Shown here in pieces: positions 18,507 to 25,080 of a stretch of 25,080 bases of DNA. Positions within the stretch are counted from its first letter, which is position 1. Every line of letters starts with the position of its first letter. The stretch comes from Fibrobacteria bacterium. GTDB lineage: Bacteria > Fibrobacterota > Fibrobacteria > UBA11236. The stretch spans positions 1 to 25,080 of the forward strand of contig JBGTHM010000111.1 in assembly GCA_041746255.1 (NCBI GenBank). Direction: 5' to 3'. Under the pieces are notes generated by a model. The model was given only the letters and a program-made list of their open reading frames with translations, had not been told where the DNA came from and did not search any database. The translations under genes were made by a program, and so were the position numbers.

Positions 18507-18628
18507 CCATCTCCTTCCCCAAACTCCCCTTTCGGTTTTAGGCTATAATAGAACCACTTTGGGAAATTCCGCCGTTACCCAACCCTCGGTTGGCCTTGGC
18601 CAGGACGTAAATCTATATTGATGGGAAA

Positions 18629-19810
18629 ATGAGCCAAATTTCAGTAAGCCTGCTGGGCGGCACGGGTTCTATCGGTGACAGCACCCTTAGCGTACTCCGT
18701 CGATATCCCGAAAAATTCCATTTGGAAAGTATGGCCGCGGGACGCCAATGGCGGAAGGTACTGCCCCTGATCGAGGAATTCGGATTGCACAAGGTATGCA
18801 TTTTCGAAGAGTCTGCAGCGAACGAGCTCCGCAAGGAACTGGGGCCGAAAAGTCCGACACAGGTCCTCTCAGGCATGGACGGATTATTGGATTTGGTACG
18901 CGATGCTTCCGTCGACTTCGTGTTGAACGGTTTGCTGGGGTCCATCGGTTGCAAGCCCACGTTGGAAGCCATCGCCCAAGGAAAAAGAGTGGGACTGGCC
19001 AACAAGGAAACCATGGTTATGGCCGGCCCGCTTATCAATCAGGCCTTGCGCGAGAATTCCAGCGCCGCGCTTATTCCCATCGACTCGGAGCATTCGGCTA
19101 TCTTCCAATGCCTGGCCGGGAGACCTACAACCGAGGTGGAGGAAATCCAACTTACCGCCTCCGGAGGGCCCTTTCGGGAATGGCCGCGCGAGAATTTCGC
19201 TTCCATCACCAAGGCCCAGGCGCTGAAACACCCTACCTGGGTCATGGGCCAGAAAATCACCATCGATTCGGCCTCGCTTATGAATAAAGGCTTGGAAGTA
19301 ATCGAAGCCCATTACCTTTTCGATATTCCCGTCGACAACATCCGGGTCGTAATCCATCCCAGTTCCATCGTGCATTCTTTCGTGCAATTCCGGGATGGCT
19401 CGCTCATGGCGCAGCTCGGCTGCCCCGATATGCGGCTTCCCATCCAATATGCCCTTACCTTTCCCGAACGGTGGCCCCTGGCCGTTGACCGGGTTGATTT
19501 GACCGAAGTGGGAAAACTGGAATTTTTTCCTCCGGATTTCGAAAAATTTCCCTGCCTGAAATTGGCTTTTGCCGCGGGCCGCACCGGTGGAACCGCGCCG
19601 GCGATTTTAAACGCGGCCAACGAAGTGGCCGTCGCTGCTTTTCTGGCCGGAACCCTATCCTTTAACGGCATCCCGGAAACCCTGCTAAGGGTTTTGGATG
19701 AAGTTGCCGTAGTAGCCATTCCCACGCTCGAAGATGTTTTGGATGCGGACCGAGCGGCACGTCAATCCGCCACCACCCTTATCGAAAAGAGAACGGTATC
19801 ACATGTTTAA
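18629..19810 (+). CDS. dxr: 1-deoxy-D-xylulose 5-phosphate reductoisomerase
   Basis: LGGTGSIG, LANKETMV, PIDSEHSAIFQ, LTASGGPFR, HPTWVMGQKITIDSA, NKGLEVIEA, NAANEVAV. Confidence 0.98.
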   Translation: MSQISVSLLGGTGSIGDSTLSVLRRYPEKFHLESMAAGRQWRKVLPLIEEFGLHKVCIFEESAANELRKELGPKSPTQVLSGMDGLLDLVRDASVDFVLNGLLGSIGCKPTLEAIAQGKRVGLANKETMVMAGPLINQALRENSSAALIPIDSEHSAIFQCLAGRPTTEVEEIQLTASGGPFREWPRENFASITKAQALKHPTWVMGQKITIDSASLMNKGLEVIEAHYLFDIPVDNIRVVIHPSSIVHSFVQFRDGSLMAQLGCPDMRLPIQYALTFPERWPLAVDRVDLTEVGKLEFFPPDFEKFPCLKLAFAAGRTGGTAPAILNAANEVAVAAFLAGTLSFNGIPETLLRVLDEVAVVAIPTLEDVLDADRAARQSATTLIEKRTVSHV

Positions 19811-21146
19811 CTTAAGCGGATATTGGTCCTTACTCTATCAAGTACCCATTGGTTTGTTGGGCCTCAGCTTTCTGGTTTTCATCCACGAAGCCGGACACTT
19901 TCTTATGGCCAAAGCCCTTAAGGTGCGGGTCATTACCTTTTCCATCGGTTTCGGGAAAAAGCTGATTCGCTACCGCCGCGGCGATACGGAATATTGCATT
20001 TCCGCCATCCCCTTCGGCGGCTATGTCGCCATGGCCGGTGAGAATCCTGATCAAGAAGAGGAGGATAAGCCCTCCGATGGAAATGAATTCAATGCCAAGC
20101 CCATTCCGGTGCGCATGGCCATCGCCTTCGCCGGTCCCGCTGTCAATATCGGTTTTTCGGTAGTGGCGCTTTTCCTGCTGTATATGTGGGGCGTTCAGGA
20201 ACCGAAAAAGACCATGGTCGTAGGGGAAGTGGAGTCGAGTTCCGCCGCGGCCGAAGCCGGAGTGGAAAGGGGCGATGTGATATTGGCGTTGGGCGGCGAA
20301 CCGGTGCGGGACTGGGAAGCGCTACTCCAGAATATCGCCGTGCGGGGCGAAAACCCCATTGACCTGAGGGTTGAGCGCCAAGGCCAGATAGAGGAACTGA
20401 CTTTGACTCCCCGGATGAATCCCCGCCTGGGAATTGCCATGGCCGGAATTTTCGGCGAAGGGGAGGTTTATGTCCATTCCGTAATGGCCAACCGCCCCGC
20501 CGCTGCCGTCGGCATGAAAGCCGGCGATATCATCGTAGAGGTGGAGGGCGTTCGAGTTCCTTCCGCTTCCGCCTTGGTTGAAATCATCAATCAATCGGAG
20601 GGCCGCCCGATAAACCTTTTGGTGGAGCGCGAAGGGGAGAGAAGTAACCTGGAAGTTACTCCCGTCCTGGATGAGGGAACCGAGCGGTATGTAATCGGCA
20701 TCTTCCCGGCCGTCAACATACCCACGGTACTTGTGAAACGATCGGCCGGAGAGGCCTTCGACCGGGCCATCAGCCGTAATCTTGAATTCGGCAGCGCGAT
20801 TTTCATGACTCTGAAAGGTATTTTAACGGGCCAAATCCAAGCCAAAGCCCTGGCCGGCCCCATCGGCATCCTGCAAATGATTGCCAGCAGCTTGCACTAT
20901 AGCGTACAGCGCTTCGTGGAATTCATGGCGCTTATCAGCACCAATCTCGGAGTGATCAACTTGTTACCCCTGGCTATTACCGATGGCGGCGTCATCCTAT
21001 TCCTGATTTTGGAAGCGATAAGGGGAAGACCCATCAAAGCCGCCACTCAAATGCGCATCAACCAGATAGCCGTAAGCTTTTTCATCATGTTGGCGCTATT
21101 CGTCACCTTTCATGACATCCTCCGGGTGCCCTGGTTTTTGAATTAA
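19803..21146 (+). CDS. rseP: RIP metalloprotease RseP (site-2 protease, two PDZ domains)
   Basis: HEAGH, FSIGFG, IPFGGYV, AGPAVN, two PDZ repeats (AAEAGVERGD, AAAVGMKAGD), NLLPLAITDGG. Start moved to ATG 19803. Confidence 0.95.
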   Translation: MFNLSGYWSLLYQVPIGLLGLSFLVFIHEAGHFLMAKALKVRVITFSIGFGKKLIRYRRGDTEYCISAIPFGGYVAMAGENPDQEEEDKPSDGNEFNAKPIPVRMAIAFAGPAVNIGFSVVALFLLYMWGVQEPKKTMVVGEVESSSAAAEAGVERGDVILALGGEPVRDWEALLQNIAVRGENPIDLRVERQGQIEELTLTPRMNPRLGIAMAGIFGEGEVYVHSVMANRPAAAVGMKAGDIIVEVEGVRVPSASALVEIINQSEGRPINLLVEREGERSNLEVTPVLDEGTERYVIGIFPAVNIPTVLVKRSAGEAFDRAISRNLEFGSAIFMTLKGILTGQIQAKALAGPIGILQMIASSLHYSVQRFVEFMALISTNLGVINLLPLAITDGGVILFLILEAIRGRPIKAATQMRINQIAVSFFIMLALFVTFHDILRVPWFLN

Positions 21147-21156
21147 ATTTCCGGCC

Positions 21157-22458
21157 ATGAAAGTTCTTATCATCGGCGGAGGCGGCCGCGAGCACGCCTT
21201 TGCCTTGAAATTGGCCGCATCTCCCCATCAACCCCAATTGCATTTCGCCCCGGGAAACCCCGGTATGGAATCCTTAGGTCTTTGCCATGCCGTGCCCGCC
21301 CAGGACATCCAAGGCCTGCTGGATTTAGCCCTCCGCGAAAGCATCGACCTGACCCTGGTGGGTCCGGAGCAACCCCTGGTGGATGGGCTGGTCGACAGGT
21401 TCAGAGAGAAGGGACTCGCCGTTTTCGGGCCAACTAAAGCCGCGGCCCGCTTGGAAGGCAGCAAGGCCTTTTCCAAGGATTTCATGGCCCGTTACGGCAT
21501 ACCCACCGCCGCCTTTGCAACCTTTACCGAAGGTAGCCGGGCCAAAGCCTATATCGAGTCCCACGGCGCTCCCATTGTTGTGAAAACCAGCGGATTGGCG
21601 GCCGGTAAAGGCGCAATAGTCTGCGCCACGCTCTCCGAGGCCTTGGAAGCGGTTGACTCGATGCTCGGCCCCCAGGCGGTCTTTGGAGAGGCCGGTGCGG
21701 AGGTTGTGGTGGAAGAGTTTATGCAGGGTGAAGAAGTTTCGGTTTTCGCATTATGCGATGGCGAAAACTACGTGCTGCTTCCCAGCGCCCAGGATCATAA
21801 ACGGATTTTCGACGAGGATAAAGGACCCAACACCGGCGGCATGGGCGCCTATTCCCCCGCCCCGGTTTTGACGGCGGCGCTGCTTGACGAAGTCCACTCC
21901 CGAATTATCGCTCCCACCTTGGAGGGTATGCGCAAGGAAGGATGCCCCTATACGGGTTTTTTGTATGTCGGTTTGATGATAACTCCCCAAGGCCCCAAGG
22001 TGGTGGAATACAATTGCCGCTTGGGAGACCCGGAAGCCCAGGTCGTATTGCCCCTGCTGAGGGAAGATTTGCTGGATCTTTTGTTGGAGGCCGTTCAGGT
22101 GAACGGACTGAAAGGGCGAAAGGTTCAGCCGACCCAGGGAGCAGCAGCCGTGGTGGTGTTGGCAGCCCAAGGCTATCCCGGTAAATACCGTACCGGAGAC
22201 ACCATCGAAGGTTTGGAAAAAATGGCCGGCCTTATCCGGGCCCATGCCGTGCATGCGGGAACCCGAAGGGCTGTGGACGGAGGCAGGAGTCACATCGAAA
22301 CCGGAGGTGGGCGCGTTTTGGGATTGGTGGGCCTGGGAGACGATTTGCAGGAAGCATTGGAGCGTGCCTATGGCGCCGTGGAAAAGATTCGCTTCGAGGG
22401 AATGCAATTCCGGCGCGACATCGGCCAAAGGGGTTTGGCCCGCATCAAGTCGGATTAA
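21157..22458 (+). CDS. purD: Phosphoribosylamine--glycine ligase
   Basis: MKVLIIGGGGREHA, APGNPG, LEGSKAFSK, GLAAGKG, QDHKR, GPNTGGMGAYSP, EYNCRLGDPE, GGRVL. Confidence 0.98.
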   Translation: MKVLIIGGGGREHAFALKLAASPHQPQLHFAPGNPGMESLGLCHAVPAQDIQGLLDLALRESIDLTLVGPEQPLVDGLVDRFREKGLAVFGPTKAAARLEGSKAFSKDFMARYGIPTAAFATFTEGSRAKAYIESHGAPIVVKTSGLAAGKGAIVCATLSEALEAVDSMLGPQAVFGEAGAEVVVEEFMQGEEVSVFALCDGENYVLLPSAQDHKRIFDEDKGPNTGGMGAYSPAPVLTAALLDEVHSRIIAPTLEGMRKEGCPYTGFLYVGLMITPQGPKVVEYNCRLGDPEAQVVLPLLREDLLDLLLEAVQVNGLKGRKVQPTQGAAAVVVLAAQGYPGKYRTGDTIEGLEKMAGLIRAHAVHAGTRRAVDGGRSHIETGGGRVLGLVGLGDDLQEALERAYGAVEKIRFEGMQFRRDIGQRGLARIKSD

Positions 22459-22496
22459 ATGATTCTCCACTTCCGGCAAATTGGTAGTTTACCCGC

Positions 22497-23315
22497 ATGA
22501 TTTTCCGCCTCCTACCCGGTGCTATTGGTCTTACCCTTGCCGTATGGGTCACTCTGAGTTTTTCCTCGCAAAAGGGCGCACCGAAGCCGGTCGATACCCC
22601 GCCCATCCAATTTCCCATAACCCAATATGATACGACGAGCTTGCGTAGCATTTCGCAAACCGCCCTCCGGGCACCGGAAAAACTCTTGTTCGATGTGGTT
22701 TGGGGGGGGTGGAGTTTCCGCTGGGTTCATGCCGGACAAGCCACTTTGGAACTATTGCCCACTAATTCTCCCCACTTCCAGCAAATCAGGTCGTTAGCCT
22801 GGTGCAACAGCTTTTTCCAGACCTTTTATCCGGTACGCGATACACTGACCTCCCTCATCCATTCCCAAGGCATCTATCCCTTGCGCTTCACCAAGGTATT
22901 GAACGAGGGTTCGTACCATGCCCGGTCTACTTCGGAATTCGACCAGAAAGCCGGGAGCATTCGGGTAGACGACACCACTTTCGCCATCGAGTCCTTTACC
23001 CATGACGTGCTCTCGGCCTTCTATTATATCCGCACGCAAAAACTGGAAGTCGGCCGCAGCTTCTCTTTGGATGCGGTATCGGGCCGGAAAAAGTACAAGC
23101 TCACGGTAATCTGCCATAAAAAGGAAACCATCCAGGTGCCGGCGGGAACCTTCAAGACTATTCTGGTGGAACCCAAGCTGCAGGGGAACGATTTGTTCCG
23201 GGCCCGTGGTACTTTACTCATCTGGGTTACGGATGACGAACACCACATCCCGGTCAAAATGCAGAGCAAAATACCGGTAGGTTCCATTAAAGCCGAACTG
23301 GTTTCCCGCTCCTGA
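22497..23315 (+). CDS. DUF3108-like exported protein
   Basis: N-terminal hydrophobic signal/anchor, then EKLLFDV.W, FYPVRD, DVLSAFYYIR, ETIQVPAGTFKT, IWVTDDEHHIPVKM. Confidence 0.75.
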   Translation: MIFRLLPGAIGLTLAVWVTLSFSSQKGAPKPVDTPPIQFPITQYDTTSLRSISQTALRAPEKLLFDVVWGGWSFRWVHAGQATLELLPTNSPHFQQIRSLAWCNSFFQTFYPVRDTLTSLIHSQGIYPLRFTKVLNEGSYHARSTSEFDQKAGSIRVDDTTFAIESFTHDVLSAFYYIRTQKLEVGRSFSLDAVSGRKKYKLTVICHKKETIQVPAGTFKTILVEPKLQGNDLFRARGTLLIWVTDDEHHIPVKMQSKIPVGSIKAELVSRS

Positions 23316-23419
23316 TTCCTGTCCCAGATTAAATCATAAAGCAACAACCGCGACGCGATGTTATATTCTTCCTTCAGTCCAGTTTCTCGTTCCTTAGATT
23401 TTTTACCAAGGAGAAGTGC

Positions 23420-24091
23420 ATGGATTCCCGATTCGAAGATGACTCCGAACTTGAAACGCCCGGCCCTACGGCTCGGGCCGAAATGAATAACAGCAGCGAT
23501 TCCCGCCACGACGAATTGTGGGATATGAGTCTGGAGGATACCGATGAGAACGAGCAGTCGTCGGATACCTCAGCAGGCAGGTTGCCCAATACCACCGCTT
23601 CCGGAGAAGTCCGGGACATGCACTCCGATATCGTCCAGGAAATGGAAGACGATAGCATTCCGGTGCGCCGGAAGGGTAGGAGCCGGGTCACCCCCTCGAA
23701 AAGTGGCTCAAAAAAGGTAAAGGCCACAGTAAAGGCCGCCGCCAAGAAAATCAAGAAAGCCGTTAAGCAGGCCTTCCGAAAAACGGTCAAGAAAGTCCTC
23801 AAGAAAGTCGCCCCGAAAAAGGCCTCAAAAAATACGCCTAAGGCGAAAACCAAAACTACCCGAAAAGTGGCTAAAAAAACTGTGAAAAAGGCGGTTTTAC
23901 CCAAGCGGAAAGCGCCCATCAAGTCACCCAAAAAGACGATTAAAAAGGCGGTCAAGAAATCGACCAAAAAAGCCGCGAAAAAGGGGAATAAAAAGGGTAC
24001 CGCAAAAGCACCCGCCAAGTTAGCCGTTAAGGCCAATTTGAAAAAGCGGGTAGCGGTCAAATCTCCTAAAAAAGCGGTCCGGAAAAAATAA
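23420..24091 (+). CDS. Histone H1-like (Hc2/HctB/AlgP-type composition) lysine-rich protein with an acidic N-terminal block
   Basis: SD AAGGAG before the ATG, 223 aa, K/A/V/T/P-rich C-terminal part with KKxx periodicity and two SPKK motifs, followed by a strong hairpin. Confidence 0.8.
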   Translation: MDSRFEDDSELETPGPTARAEMNNSSDSRHDELWDMSLEDTDENEQSSDTSAGRLPNTTASGEVRDMHSDIVQEMEDDSIPVRRKGRSRVTPSKSGSKKVKATVKAAAKKIKKAVKQAFRKTVKKVLKKVAPKKASKNTPKAKTKTTRKVAKKTVKKAVLPKRKAPIKSPKKTIKKAVKKSTKKAAKKGNKKGTAKAPAKLAVKANLKKRVAVKSPKKAVRKK

Positions 24092-24111
24092 GCTAAACCC
24101 ACCTTTGAATA

Positions 24112-24148
24112 ATTCCGATCCGCTAACCCGGATCGGAATCGTTTCTTC
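24112..24148 (+). terminator. Probable intrinsic terminator
   Basis: Perfect 11-bp stem ATTCCGATCCG / CGGATCGGAAT with a 6-nt loop, followed by CGTTTCTTC (imperfect U-tract), 20 nt after the stop codon. Confidence 0.65.
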
Positions 24149-24305
24149 AAAAAAACACAAAGTTCCTTCTGCTCGCCGGGACCTCCCACGGAGTTCCCCG
24201 GATCGCCATAGATTATCCAAAATACTAGAGGTGGTTTTGCTATGGTGACTCCACCCCTTTAAAAACGGCGACATTGAAGCAATGCCCCCTATACAAGGAG
24301 CAATC

Positions 24306-25080
24306 GTGAGCAAAGTGTACAGCATGGGAATCATGCCATCCCTCATTCTCTCAGCTCTTGGCATGGCCAACGCACAAAAACTCTCAGGACATCCGGACAA
24401 GGTCTTTCTCGAAGAAGGTGGGGTGGTAACCGTCGAAGCCGAGCATTACCACTCCCAGACCGAAACGGATGTTCGGGCGTGGTATCTGGTCGACGGCTCC
24501 AATCCGGACCTCCCCAAACCCAATCCCCACAGTAACTACTCGGCATCCGCTTCGGGGAAAGCCTATATGGTAATCCTCCCGGATACCCGGGTCTCACATT
24601 CGGACCCCCTCATCCAGGCACAACCCGGCGCAATCCCCTCCGACGCCAATTACTCGAATACGCCGGGACTGATGGCCAACCTGCACTATAAGGTGAAATT
24701 CAAAACTCCCGGAAAATATTATGTCTGGGCAAGGTCCTACTCCACCGGTCCTGAAGACAATGGCGTCCATGTGGGCATCAATGGAACCTATCCAAGTTCC
24801 GGTGAGAGGATGCAATGGTGCACCGGTAAAAACGCATGGACTTGGGCCAGCGCCCAACGAACGAACGCCAACCATTGCGGTGTTGCCGGGAATATTTTTC
24901 TAAACATCCCCTCGGCCGGCATCCATACCATCACGTTTACCATGCGGGAAGACGGATTCAAATTCGACCGTTGGATGATGACCACCAAAGCGAATGCCAA
25001 CCCTTCGGGCGCCGGACCCGACGAGAGCAAGACGGAAACCGTCACCGTCGGTTTGATGCCGAACAAGGCAATCGGACCCC
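24306..25080 (+). CDS. Secreted beta-sandwich (CBM/galactose-binding-like) domain protein; runs off the window edge
   Basis: Not in the ORF track (no stop in the window). SD AAGGAG-CAATC-GTG; MSKVYSMGIMPSLILSALGMANA|QK signal peptide; VVTVEAEHY, YKVKFKTPGKYYVWAR, DNGVHVGING, GIHTITFTMREDGFKFDRW. The frame is open to the end. Confidence 0.8.
   Translation, partial: MSKVYSMGIMPSLILSALGMANAQKLSGHPDKVFLEEGGVVTVEAEHYHSQTETDVRAWYLVDGSNPDLPKPNPHSNYSASASGKAYMVILPDTRVSHSDPLIQAQPGAIPSDANYSNTPGLMANLHYKVKFKTPGKYYVWARSYSTGPEDNGVHVGINGTYPSSGERMQWCTGKNAWTWASAQRTNANHCGVAGNIFLNIPSAGIHTITFTMREDGFKFDRWMMTTKANANPSGAGPDESKTETVTVGLMPNKAIGP

Noticed and set aside
23374..24189. 271-aa Phe/Leu-rich minus-strand ORF that looks like a membrane protein
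   Set aside because: It is the reverse complement of the AAA/AAG-rich H1-like gene; the SD and terminator support the plus strand.
1..25080. tRNA, rRNA, CRISPR array, transposase or integrase, known riboswitch
   Set aside because: None recognised by eye. All intergenic gaps are under about 230 nt. An Infernal/tRNAscan run would be needed to exclude small RNAs.

Overview
Core-genome window of a moderately GC-rich bacterium. The gene order rplM-rpsI-rpsB-tsf-pyrH-frr, a group II-like GGGP synthase and an spd-type EF-G suggest the FCB group, possibly Fibrobacterota (inference only). The minus strand carries dnaG-rpoD-rel-[TM+DUF4388 protein]-[unknown helical protein], then the 5' end of fusA. 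The plus strand carries an RmlD-like SDR, alaS, GGGP synthase, rplM, rpsI, rpsB, tsf, pyrH, frr, uppS, cdsA, a CheX-like insert, dxr, rseP, purD, a DUF3108 protein, a histone-H1-like protein and a truncated secreted CBM-like protein. I found no mobile elements, CRISPR arrays, tRNAs or rRNAs. The most notable observations are: rpsI can apparently only start at a non-canonical ATC codon behind a strong SD; the H1-like protein is a strict acidic/basic diblock; a 42-bp promoter-like motif is shared by fusA and rplM; two possible pseudo-enzymes occur (CheX ExxN->ExxK, SDR YxxxK->YxxxM); and an archaeal-type ether-lipid enzyme lies 1 nt after alaS. I did not identify a clear new multi-gene system.
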